This document shows positions 23,158 through 35,689 of a stretch of DNA of 64,000 nucleotides, piece after piece (within the stretch, counting starts at the first letter, position 1; each line of letters starts with the position of its first letter). The translations under genes and the position numbers were made by a program. Source of the stretch: Camelus ferus (taxonomy: Eukaryota); the NCBI RefSeq assembly GCF_009834535.1, contig NC_045697.1:21268001-21332000 (forward strand), read 5' to 3'. The notes beneath the pieces were generated by a model. It did not search any database. It had not been told where the DNA came from and was given only the letters and a program-made list of their open reading frames with translations.

Positions 23158-26100
23158 GAAAGTATGAGGGAATGCTTGCAGAAGTAGTTGTGAAAATTCT
23201 CAACTGATAATAATGTATCGTTACTATTTGAGGTAAAATTACATTTCCTGGATTACAGTATCCTTTATTATTACTTAATTGAAGCATCTAAACATGGCAC
23301 TGATACAATGCATTTAATCACCAACTGTGAGGTGACAAACGGTTGCTCATTCTTGCCATGTATTAATATAAATACTGAGGTTAAGAAACACTTGATGTTT
23401 TATAATTTCTCACCTTGCCTGTGAACTACCTTTGCAGTAGCTCTTTTATCAGCAAGTAATAATTGCATACAAGGACCAGTAACCTTCTTCAGGCATAGAA
23501 ATGAAGAGACATAAGAAAGCCTGAAGTTCTCAATGTCCTTTCTGGAAAAAGCCTCTGGAAAACTGGAAAGGGTCCATAATTCACAAGAGATGATGGTTGA
23601 TCAGTATCCTACAAAACCATCGCTGGTAATGAAGTCTGTATCACTCACTTATCTCTCTGTTCCACAGATTTTTTGAGCAATAATGTATGGCTGAGCTTAC
23701 TGCCCTTTGGAAAGCAGTGAGCGAAAGAGTAACTTCTTCCATTCTCGCAGTAACGCCTGGATGTAAGTATCAGTTTGGAATGGATCAACCTGGAAGTTAC
23801 AGAAAGCACGATGAAGAGCCGCCCTGCCGGGTGTGTGTGCATACAGGGAGGAGGTTTCCAGTATCAGCTCAGCAGCTCAACAGTGTCAGTAATAATCACG
23901 TTCTTCCACCTTTGCGTCCTATCCCTCTTGGCAAGTTGGCCTTTCTCCTCATGGCCGTGTGGCCAAGGAAAACAAATCACCATGACTAGAAAATATAATT
24001 CATGAAAGAATCTTTGTGTCTGGTTCAGGGGCTGTCTCCTTCCTCCAGTTAAGGGCTTCCCCCACCCCCAGTTACGTAGGACATTGTGTAAAGTAGGCGT
24101 TTATTCTTAACACAGTGAGATACGGTAAAGCTCTTCTCACTGCAGAGTTACACAGTCTAATCTCCCTTTTGAATAATCATTGTAGGTGCCCTGTGGAGAT
24201 GATTTGTCAAGGGTCAAGAAGCAAGGAGGACAGCAGTTAGAAAAGGCCTGAGTAGCTCTGGGAAGGGAAAGAAATGACGTGGCTCAGTAGATTACAGTCA
24301 CAACGGAACAAGGTACAAAGAAGACTATTTCTGGTAATGTTGATTTGCCATAATTGAATTTGAATGTCCTCTTAAGCTCACCAAGCTGCAGAGGATCTGT
24401 TGTATATTCAAAGACTCCCTCAGGCATGCCTTGCCCCCAGCTAATGAATACCACAGTTTAATCTCACTGGGATTTTTGCAGTCTTCATAATCTCAACTCC
24501 TATGATGCGAACAGTTAAGACCATCTCTGAGACACCACTGAAGTCTTTTGAACAGTGTGTGTCCCAAAGCCACACTTCCCTTCGAAGAATTTGCCCCCCC
24601 CCCATATCTCTGTAAATCAGAGCATCGATGTAAACCTCACCCCAGGAGCAGAAGTTCTAAGAATGAAAATCTCTGCAGCAATCTTCAGCTGCTGTTTTCT
24701 CTGTTCTTCTGGCCCCATTGATAAATCCTCTCTGCCAGTGCAGTATGAAGAGTATTCACATTAGAAACGTATCTTTCACTTCTCTGGTGAAATGTAGGTG
24801 TTATCACATCAAAGGGCTTCTGCTTAAACTAACCCTTATCACTGTAACTTTTCCTTTGCCCAAGAGACCACATCTGGAAGGCACTACACAAGAAAATATT
24901 ACATTACTGCTTGGAAAATTCTCCAAAGTGGCATGAAAGACGTTAAAATTTGGAAAACTCTTAGATTATTCTTATCTTCTTTCAGCTTCGTATCTGCCAA
25001 AAGCTCCTCTCCCCAGTTCTCCATCTGTACTGCATCAAATTCAACCCTCAGTTTTAGCTTCTAAATCTGAATCTGATTATATTGCTAAATTATGAAATCT
25101 GTGATCACCACGGGTGAGAATCATGTTTCTTTCTTATTGTTTTGCATGTTTGCCTTTGTATTTTTGGTGGATAGGGACTAGTCTAGGAACCCTGCATTAA
25201 AAAAAAAAAAGTTTCTCCACATAGTAGAATTTGCCTTATTTGGCTTACTTATCTTCCCAGATACTTAGGTCCTACTGACAAACTACAGACAGGTGACAGG
25301 AGCATTAACACCTACTGGCAAACTTACCTGGTTCATATTACCAATCTGTTTATTTAAATTCTTTAAAGAATTACTGAATTTTGATTTGTGATTGCCAATT
25401 TGCACTCTTCTCTGAAAACATGTTTTTTAACAGTGGACTTTATAATGTCAACACATTTTATCACCACTAGGTACTGCTCTTTTTGAACTGGACTTTTCCT
25501 TCACTTTTCATGTGGATGTTACTTTAAGATGCCTGTCCATCCCAGGATTGCCTTTTAAATTTCAAATATGCAGCACATGTCTTAAGAAGCCACAGTAAAT
25601 AGATTTTCTTAGCCCCAAATTAGAGTGCACTCTGCCAGTTGGTGTGAATGATTGTCAGACTGCCCTAGAAAATCTAACATAAATAACTATCCAGTCAATG
25701 GGGAAATTCCCTTTTCCACTCAGGACCTAAGATAGAAGCTTCTCCAAAGTGAAAATCCTCTTCCTCTCGCCAGGAAAATAATTCTAGTTAGGAAATTTTA
25801 AAAACAAAGCAAAAAAAAAAAAAAAAAAAAAGAATAAGAACAAAAAGCACCCACAATGCTTATTCTTCTCCCAGCCATAGGAGCATTTTTTTTAATTCCA
25901 CAAAGAAATATATCTATTAAAATTGGGTAAAATATTGCTGTTGAGTCATATTATCATGGAAAAGGTTTAGATCTCATAATTGACTAGCAATATATCATAA
26001 TTGTATTCAAGGTCCTTTACTGTATGAGATTAAAGTAAAAATGAAAGCACTCCATGTTTGTTCCAAGAAATAAACTTAGCCAATAACCTTTTTTGTGTGT

Positions 26101-26753
26101 GTGCGCAATGTCAAAATGCAGTCATTTGAGCAAACATTGTATTCTACTGCTTAACAACTATGTGTGAAAGTAGTTTTCCGTTGTCTGCAAATAATAACTG
26201 AACTACACTGTTTGAAAATTTGTTTTGAAACAGAGATAACTTTTCATTTCTGTTGTTGGTTTATTCTTTAAGGTCAAGCTCAAGTTTTTAGACCATCAGG
26301 AAAGCTATCTGATTGAAACCTCAGAGTAACTCATGGTAGTTAAATAGTATGTTTTACATATTAAATAGAGTAAAATCATGGAGTTATACAGAAAGACAAG
26401 GACAGCAAAGTAATAAAATCAAATGCCTTTGTCATCTGGAATGTGTAATAGACACACAGTATCATCGAGATAGACGACAGCCCTCCCAGACAGAGCTGCT
26501 TCCCAGGTTTCTCTCTATGCTTTTTCATAAAGTGGTTTTCATTAGTCTTATAATCAGGGAAATCACCAGAAATCTCAGAATAAAATACTAGCAATAAGAG
26601 AACATTTTTGAACAGCAAATGCTGTACCTTACACTAAAATTTTCAGTGGCCTAGAGAAAAAGCAAAGAAAATAAAAGAAATAAATTAAGAAGATCTTTTT
26701 GCATTCTGAAATAGCTTCAAGAATTTTAATAACAAGTCAGAAAACACTATACT

Positions 26754-26930
26754 TGTTATAGACTAAATGGATCCCCTCTCTATAAAATTCATGTGTTGAA
26801 GCCAAATTCTCAACATCTTAGGAAGTGTCTGTGTTTGGAGATTTGGAGATAATGCCTTTAAAGAGGTGGTTAAAATTTAATCTGGTCATCGGACTTGGGC
26901 CCTAATCCAATAGAACTGGTGTCCTTATAA
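26754..26930 (+). mobile_element. MLT1 (ERVL-MaLR) LTR, 5' part
   Basis: tgttatagactaaatg...aaaattcatgtgttgaagcc...tttggagat...gcctttaaagaggtggttaa...gggccctaatccaatagaactggtgtccttataa. Confidence 0.85.
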
Positions 26931-28560
26931 CAGTGTTTATAGCAGCCTATTCATAGTTGTCAAAAATTGGAACCTAATAGGATATTCTTCAACAAGTGAA
27001 TGGTTAAGCAAGAGGCACTACTTTCATATAATGGAATGCTATTTTTCTACCAAAAGGAATGAGCTAAAAACCAAAACAAAACTCTATATAGAGAGAGTAA
27101 AGGGAGTAACAGAGGATATTAGAAGCCCTAAGATCAGTAAAACTGTTCTGTATAGTAATATAATGTGAATATATGACACTATGCATTTGTCAAAATCTGT
27201 AGACTTCAAAGCACAAACACTGAAACAATATATACAAATTAAAAAAATAAGAAGTTGGGGGAATCCCCGGATGAAATGCAGACTATAACAAACATAGCTA
27301 ACTCTATTACACTTAACTTTTTTTTTTTAGGAGACGAGGTAACTAGGTTTATTTATTTACTTATTTTTTAAATGGAGGTACTGGAGATTGAACCCAGGAC
27401 CTTGTGCATGCTAGGCAGGCACTCTACCACTGAGCTATCTCCTCCCCCTAGCTAACTCTATTACAAATGTACAAAACAATCTCACTGAAAAGGGTGAAGG
27501 GAAAATGCTGACCTAAGCGAATTTGGAAAGGAGTGGACCCTCTAAAACTAAAGGACACGGGAAAGGCACTAACCACTGTGATTGTTGGTAAAGTTATTTC
27601 CTATGTGGGCACAGTTAACAGTTCTGAAACCATATGAGGATATTATTAGAAATGAATAGTTCAGTAAATGGTGGCAAATCCTGGGAGCCAGGCTTCCTGT
27701 GCTGAAGTTGGAGTTTAGCAATATGCAAGGGAGGAGGCTATAATGAGCCACGTGGTAATGGATTAGAGTTTGAGACATCAGCATAAACTCATGTTTAGTT
27801 TAATATAGAGACATATGGTTACATACAGAAATATTTATAGACGTGTATATAAACAGGTTATGTATCAGCTGAGACTAGTATCAATGACATCCCAGTAGCA
27901 GTGAACTTCTCCAGCGCCCAGATCTTGGATTACATTCCATTCACCAATAAAGAAAAATGGGAAGCTTTAGAGAAATGACTACATCTGGTATTGAGACACA
28001 GAATTTACAAGATGAGACTGGAAACACTTGTGGCCAGAAAATAAGAATGTGCCTAAAAAAATTAAATTCCACAATGTTGTTTATATGCCAAAGGGACAAT
28101 ATAAGCAACAGCCAACTGAAAGAATTCCCACAGGCCAACGCTGGAAGAATTTGAGCAACTAAACAAAGAAGAGAGTATTAGATTATTGCCCAAAGCATAA
28201 AATAATGTTCATGAATCTATAGTTATATAAATAAATGATTGAATAGATGGCAGATAGATAAAGAGAAAAAAGCTAAATCTCCTGTGCAGAAAAACGTTAC
28301 TACTGTTCATAGATAATCTGCCACTGAGGAAGTGGGACATAAGTCCCCACACCTTAAATGTTTGCTGTGCACAGAGACTTTCAAAGAGCACAGGTTGGAA
28401 AGGGGAAAAAATGGTAAATTTAGTGGAGAAATTTGACAAAAACAACTTCAGTCACATGATGAAGGTAAACATTGAGAGATCACTCATGTTGCTAGTATGT
28501 ACCAGCGGTATGTGATGAGAACAGTACTTTACCTCTGTGATCGCTGTCTGAAAAAACCTT
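26931..28560 (+). mobile_element. L1MC/L1MD-type 3' end with long 3'UTR (L1MC3-like), interrupted by a SINE
   Basis: tgtttatagcagcctattcata...; gggaggaggctataatgagccacgtggtaatggattagagtttgagacatcagcataaactcatgtttag; agcgcccagatcttgg. Confidence 0.8.
27312..27448 (-). mobile_element. tRNA-Ala(AGC)-derived camelid SINE (vic-1 type)
   Basis: Minus strand GGGGGAGGAGATAGCTCAGTGGTAGAGTGCCTGCCTAGCATGCACAAGGTCCTGGGTTCAATCTCCAGTACCTCCA (Pol III A and B boxes) plus A-rich tail; perfect 17-bp TSD TAGCTAACTCTATTACA at 27295-27311/27449-27465. Confidence 0.92.
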
Positions 28561-28589
28561 AAGTACATCATTCTAAAATAAAATATTCA

Positions 28590-29140
28590 CTAAAGCTGAA
28601 AATAGCATACAATTACAATAGCTTCAAAATTATGAAAAATCTTTGGGATTATTCTGACAAAAGATGTGAAAGATCTGTACACTGATACCAACAAGCCATT
28701 TCTGAGTGATTTTAAGGACCTAAATAAATGGAGAGACAAACTGTATTCAGGGATCAGAAGATTCAATATTACTGACATCAATTTTTTACAAGCAGATGCA
28801 TAGATCCAAAAAACTTCCAATCAAAAATTCCAGCAGGCTTTCTGTGTATAAATTTGTGAACTAATTCTAAAACTAATATGGAAATGCCCAAGAACCTAGA
28901 GCGGTTTAAGCAGTTTGAGAAAGAGAACAAAGTTTGGAGACTAACACTACGTGATTTCAAGAGTTATTATGAAGCTACAGGAATCAATACGATGTAGTTT
29001 TGGCATCAACATAAGCCAACAGGTCAATGGAGCAAAATAGGAAGTTGAAAAATAGAACCACAGCTATGGACACATGGTTTTCAACAAAGGTATAAAGACA
29101 ATTTAGAGGAGAAAGAATGGCATTTTTAACCAAATGCTGT
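28590..29140 (+). mobile_element. Old L1M ORF2 fragment (post-RT region)
   Basis: gacctaaataaatggagagac...gaagattcaatatt...ccaatcaaaaattccagcaggcttt...gaacaaagtttggagactaacactacgtgatttcaagagttattatgaagctacag. Confidence 0.85.
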
Positions 29141-29469
29141 ATATTCTTTCCTATGTCAAGGAGTCTAACTAAGGCAAACTTGGATTGGTCTAAATGAAAC
29201 AATCAGTTGGTCTAGATGAGAGACTACATTTTGCAGTCGACATAAGATATGACCTGGTACACTCAATAATCCACTGTCATATTTAACCACAAAACTGACT
29301 CTGAAGAAAATTAAGTAGGTCTTTAAGATTGTGGCTTTTATGAATAAAGCAAAAATTAAAACCTTTATAGTCTTTATATCTTTCATAGCAACAAGTGTGA
29401 TGTATATAGCATTAGAGCCACCATGTTGGCCAACTAAGAAACTTAGGAGACAGCCGATTTCTACCTCAT

Positions 29470-29720
29470 TCTCTTTCTCAACATTCAGTTAAATGTGGCG
29501 TCACGTCAATGATGCCTTCTGATGTCTCTCATGTAGTCTCTACATCCACTGCTATAGTTTGGCCTTCAACATCCATTTCTTAGTTCATTATATTAGCTAT
29601 TCAATTTAGACTGCTGCTTCCTTTTTTACTATCAAATTGCATTACTTCCAAGGTAATCTTTGTCATACAATCTGACGTCCCTTCAACGGTTTACCAAACA
29701 CCTAGAAAACCAGTCCTTCT
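29470..29720 (+). mobile_element. L2 fragment
   Basis: tctctacatccactgct...caaggtaatctttg...cccttcaacggtttacc...cacctagaaaacc resembles the L2 3' region. Confidence 0.5.
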
Positions 29721-30517
29721 AGGGATCTATGGTGGTGCAGTGGTGGCTGCTGAGAATTAAGAGGAACTAAAGTAGGGCAGACCACTTATCAGGAATTTTT
29801 TTATGTGCTATATATCTAGGTCAGATTACCTGCATCTCCCTAACAGCCTCCAGGCAGAGTTTGGGGCCCCTTGATCCACAGCATCTTACCATTGTATATA
29901 TGTGACATATTTTAACATAAATGTTATTTTCCATTGTTGTCAATTACATAGTACTGAGTGATTTCGGAAGGGATGTTTTGCAGTTAGAAAATTTTTAATT
30001 CAACTGTACAACTTTTATAATTGTGTGCTTTTTTCTCAGTTGTTAGATGGGCACATTCTGAATGAACAAAATCCCATATTTGGTACGATTTTTGTATGTT
30101 TGCTAAAACTAATCTTCATTTACGTGGTGGAATTTAATATTATATTCAGGTGGAGGAACTGAGGATATAAATTATATTGATTTCTTAGAAAAAGCCTTTT
30201 GGGAATTCAAGAGTAGATGTAAGCTGTAAATCGTTGAAACATATCAATAAAGATGATCTAGTCATTTACTGTTTTAGCTCATTAATTCTCAAAGACTAGT
30301 ATTACTCAGAGCATGCCAAGACCTTTAGGGAAGTAAAATAACTAAGTCAGGAACATTACAGAGAGATGATTGAGAAACTGGCTAGTTCTTCCCCAAAGGG
30401 AAGATCAATCAATTAAAATATGTTCATAGAGTGCTTTCTAGGTGATGAATGTGATGAGAGGGTTGTGGTGGTGACAATGTTCTAAATCAGAAAGGATCAT
30501 CAGCCTCAGGGTAAGGG

Positions 30518-30734
30518 TTTTTTTTTTTTTTTTTTTTTTTGCTGATTTTTCAATTGAGGTTTAATTGACACATAACATTGATAAGTTAAAATGCCTTGAT
30601 ACATTTTCACATTGAGGTATGATTACCACAGTGATATTAACTAACATCTCCATTATGTCACAAAATTATCATTTCTTTTTTGTGGTGAGAATACAGTATT
30701 ATATGCTTCAAAGTTGCTAAGAGGCTAGATTTTT
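30518..30734 (-). mobile_element. Short L1 3' end with a 5' inversion
   Basis: Poly(T) 30518-30540, reversed L1 3'UTR to gtggtgagaa (~30691), then sense-orientation tacagtattatatgcttcaaagttgctaagaggctagat. Confidence 0.8.
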
Positions 30735-33509
30735 GAAGGCAAAGATTATTGAATGAAGTAGAACCATCTCCTAGGTGATAAAAAGCCAGAAGGTAATAGA
30801 GTGGAATTAAATACTGATTAAATAAGCAATCAGAGCAGAAAGAGGGTAAGCAGAGGTATAATTCCTATGGAAACTCATGGTCTTATTCATGGCCAGTCTT
30901 ACCAGATCTTGGGTAACAAAGAAAATGACTTTAAATAGACTAGTGAAGAGAAAGCTGTTGGCTGTGGCTTTGACCAGAGGTTTCAGCAAAGAACTACACA
31001 TGCAAAGATTTCAGCATGACACCTGGCATGAAATTAGGATAGGCCAAAGGATATTGAGATGGATACAGTCTAATAGTAGACAGGCTGTGAATAGAACAGT
31101 GACAATGCAATGTGCTATGTTTAATAACAGAGTTATTAAAATGGTTTGGTGGTACAGAAAATAGACTAGTGTATTCATTTTAACCAAATTATTCAATTTG
31201 TTCAAAGTTTTCTTAATCCTGTAGAAGATCTGAAATCTACATCCTGATAGATAGACCCAGAGTGATTGCTCAGATAACTCATTACACATGCCTTTTTCTC
31301 TAAGGAAATTCTTCCTTTTTTTTCTAGATACTGAATCACTATAATTGAATAGCATTTCCCCATAATGAACTACATTATGTTCTGTTAAGTGACTTTCAAG
31401 CTTAAAAATGAATTTATGAGAGGAAGTACTCTTTTGAAATATAATAATTGTCTCTTTTTGCTGTTTAATTGGGAATTTATCTGTTTAGTTTATGATGAGA
31501 GGAGTTTCCTTAAGAAGATATTGGTGACTTTGAAGAAAATGAATGAATCAGTAACACATAGCCTTCTACTATAAATGTTGCTTAGCTCTTCTAAATAGTA
31601 TATCAACAATTATATATTATTTTAACTAGATTGATGTAAAATACCTTCTAATACTCAATTTTTAATTTGGGCTGTTTTATTCTTAATTTCTTACCTTGTC
31701 TCTAGTTTTTCTTTCTTTCTTCTTTTTCTCTTTCTTTTATTCTTTTTCTATAATAATGCCATTTTATTGGTGACTCCATTTTGTGCTTTCATTTACATAA
31801 AATCTCTTGGATGAAGATTGCTTGTTCATGGGGCCACAGAACTGATCATCTTTTTAACCTGCAGTTAAAATGTAAGTAGTATTTCTAAATTCAATGCAGA
31901 GAACATGGAAAGGTTTTATTCCATCTTTATTTTCAGCAACATAAAAGATTATAGTCAAACTACAGGTTTTCAAAACATGATTTTACAAATATGAATAAAG
32001 AGTAGTGTTATAAAGAAAAATAATGCTTCAAAAACTTAAAATGATGATTTAGTACATGAATATGTAGTCTCCTTTAGTCTATTCTCTCTGTCAATTTTAA
32101 TCTCTTATTCTCAAACTATTGCCAGAAGCCTATTGTATTGTCCACATTTTATTCACAACAAATTTTGATTCAAGCCTCTTCAGCATCTAATACATTTATT
32201 TCACCCTAATTCTAGAATCTGCTGATAATTTCTTGTCTCTGAAAGCCCATTTCTTGAATATTAATATATCTTTCTAATGTTTTTTAATATTGCTTGATTA
32301 AACTGAAAAAGGCTGTTATCTTATACATCTTTCAAATTTTCCCTGCAAAATACAATTTCCAGATGAGAGATCATTAAAGAAATCCATAGAAAAGTAGCTT
32401 AAGAACTAAGTACTTACCTCCTTACCAAGAAACAAAGCAGAGAAAATACAGTAGAATAAAATATCTTTTTGGTGTCCCTCACACAATTCATTTTAGGGAA
32501 GCGATGACCAGTTCCTTCCTTGGCCATTGAACAAAGGACAGCTTGATAAAACTAGTGTGAAGACTTTACATGTTGTTACAGTATTACCAATATCATCAGC
32601 TTCATACCTTGCTACATGAACGGTATCTCTGAATCATGATGTGCTGCAGAAGGGAAAGAGAGGGTGGTTCAAAAATTCTAGGATTATTTTAGAATAGTTG
32701 GGTTTTCATAGCTACAGATAAAAAATTAAGGCAATTTTACACATCAAAATGATGATAGATTAAGATGTTAACACTACAGAAACAATGCCAAAACATAATA
32801 TCAAAACTTTAACCACAGTTTTAAGGGCTAAGAAATAAAAATAATGTTGACAACATATTACTTTACATTTACTGATTTGCTAACTCTCTAGCTACCCTTT
32901 GTGGTAGGTATAACCCAACAAAGCACACAGAGCTACAAAGTAACTAAGATAGATTTCAAATCCCTTTGATTCCAAGTGCATGTTTATTTATTTATTCTAA
33001 ATTATAATGTATTTTAACATAATTTACAAGTCCTATTTTGTGAGCCAGTTTTTAGTTATAGATTTTTTTATATAAACCTTTCCAAGCATTATGTTGATTA
33101 GTACATAATTTCTGTTTGCTGTTGCCTTTAAATTTCTATTTTAGACGTATTGTTACTTTTAATTTATTTATTTGGTAAAGAGTCTGCAGGATTCTGAAAA
33201 TATTTTATGTATTGTTTGTGGGAAACATATTAAATATATACAGCTAGAGAAAACTAATAATTCTGCAAGTGAAAGAGAAATGTTAAGAGAAAGAGAACGG
33301 GGAAGATTGAAAAATAAAACCAATGGAATGGAAGTAATCCAAAGACATAGCAGGATTTTTTTAACTGTGCTCGTTTTGAAAAATACTATTTTATAGTGGT
33401 GATACCATTTTTGGTGTATATGCCCCTTCACGAATTGGGCTCTTGAGTTATTGAAAAATTAATATTTAAATGTAGACCTTTTTTTTGTCTGTCTTAATTG
33501 ATTTTATTT

Positions 33510-33840
33510 TTAGTCATGAATGATACACAATCTAACTCCAAACTTTGTAAGAAGAAATGGATATTTATGGCTTCATCTAACTAAATAGTGCCTTGGGAAA
33601 TAATACTGGTTTCAGGTCCATTGTTTCGCATTTTATCATCAGGTGTTGTACTGGCTTCCTCCATATCCACCTTCCTCCACGTCGGGCAGGCCCTCAGGCA
33701 GAGTCCCCACTGGGGAATCAAGTTGATTTCTAGCGGTTGAATGATTACATCCTATCTATTCAAATTCAAGACCAATGGAAAGAGAGTACCTAGCTCAATT
33801 TGGACAGACTTAGTTCCCTTGATCATCCCTGAGCCAATGA
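33510..33840 (-). mobile_element. Old MLT1-type MaLR LTR remnant
   Basis: atttatggcttcatctaact...ggtttcagg...ctcaggcagagtccccac...catccctgagccaatga. Confidence 0.5.
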
Positions 33841-33899
33841 TTTATTTGAATATATATATATTTTTAATTTTAGTTGTGTAAATCTACTCCTCACTTCAT

Positions 33900-34120
33900 T
33901 GACTGTCCATATCCCCTCTTCTACTTTATTTTTTATGTTATCACCATACAACACTTGATTTTTATATTATTTTACATACTTGTAAATTGTATATATAAAC
34001 AAATAAAACTTGTTTGTTTATTTATTGTTCAGTTCACACAACCAGAATATAAACCCCATGAGGGAAGTATATTATGTCTGCTTCGTGCCGGCATATAGTT
34101 TTTGCTCAATGAGCGAATTA
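33900..34120 (+). mobile_element. L2 3' end
   Basis: tttgtttatttattgtt...ccagaatataaaccccatgaggg...gtgccggcatatag...gctcaat. Confidence 0.7.
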
Positions 34121-34617
34121 ATTCCTTATTATCTACTCTGTACTGTATTCTAAGTATTTGAGGTACAGCACTGAAGCAAACATCTAATTTTCTGGCTTCA
34201 TTGAGTTTATGTGTATACATGATAGATACATGGATGGCTAGACAGATAAACAGATAGATGGACAGATAAAATGTGCACATTATGTCAGGGAATTATAAGT
34301 GTTAAGAGGAAATATTCTGTCTCTGGATGTGAAGAGGCATACTCATTGATTGGAATATGGGCTAAATCATTCATTCTTCACTGACTATTTATGAGGATAG
34401 CCTCAATCAAAGTTCCTTTCATAAAAGATTGAAAGGGATGTTTCTTCTTAAAGCCTGTGGAATGTATTTACCAGAAGATATTGGAATAGATGTTAAGAAA
34501 GCAAAGATCGCAAAGTCCACCGTCGCATCATTTATGATCTCAACCTGTCACTCAACAGATGTTTACTGAGTGCCTAGTTTACTTCTTAAACTTTTCTAGG
34601 TTTTAGAAATCATTAAC

Positions 34618-35050
34618 TATCTTAGCTTAGTTCCCCATGAGGCAGAACCTGAAGAAATGTCAAGAGACTTAGAGAATATAATCTCAGAGAGCAGGGGCAA
34701 GGAGGGGGAAGTGAAGGCCAATGCGAGGATGACTCCCATGTTGTATCAGGCTTCTGAAAACCATTCCAATAACTTCGTTGGTATTTCCCTGCTGTGTTAG
34801 AAAGGGAGAACTTATCTGCAGAATCTCTTCTATTCCTGGTGCCAGATTGCCTCCCGTCACTTCACTCCACTCCACTCAGCTGTATAGCACCCCACATAAC
34901 CCCCCAATTTCAGGCAACCATTCTGGAAACAGCAGTAGAGAAGCTCCGGAGCGGGACATGAGATGGGTGTAGCTTGGACAAAGCAAGTCGCTAGCGGGTG
35001 GTGTCCAAGTGAAGATGGTTAGAAGCCACACAGACTAGGTTGCAGCCGGC
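34618..35050. mobile_element. Ancient ERVL LTR remnant (LTR33/LTR16-like)
   Basis: tcttagcttagttccccatgaggcagaacctga...gaaggccaatg...; locally GC-richer block. Confidence 0.45.
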
Positions 35051-35689
35051 ATTGGATCAAGCTGCGAGAAACTACAACATGATGAGGCAAACAGCATAAG
35101 AAATGATGACTTGGAAGAAGAAACTTTCCTCTTCACATGGAGCTGATGGTCTCAAGGGCAGACAACATACAGTCAATATAATGAATAAATACATTCTACA
35201 ATGTGCTAGTCACTATGTATTTATTGACAGAATAAAATGAATTTATATTTGGCCAGAATTTGAGTTCAGTTGTCTAAGTTCTCAAATAACAACACATCTC
35301 ATGAATTTTACCTTTTTACAAGTTGTCTGCTTGGTAAAGTTTACATACAACCTTTGCTGTCAGTAAATTTGATTGCAATTGTTATCCTCCCAGGATACCT
35401 TTGCAAATTTGGACATAAGTTGTTTTGCTCCATGTTTGTTAGACTAAATCAATAGGTCTCTCTATACCTGCTCTCTGCCTTTTCCAAAACATTACAGCTA
35501 ATAATTATATGCAGTGTGCCCCCTTATGTTCACTGTCATATGTCTTTTAAAATCTTTTGGATGAAAACAAGTTGAAAAAAATCTCTGGTTGTGTGACTGT
35601 CCATACCCTGGCCCTCAGTACAGCCTGGACATCCTTCTGTATTTCCTACTCACTATTTTAAACCAATTGCACTTCAGTCCAAACATATG

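Noticed and set aside
27375..27448. Possible tRNA-Ala gene
   Set aside because: It has a SINE tail, A-tract and TSD, and mismatched stems, so it is a SINE head rather than a tRNA gene.
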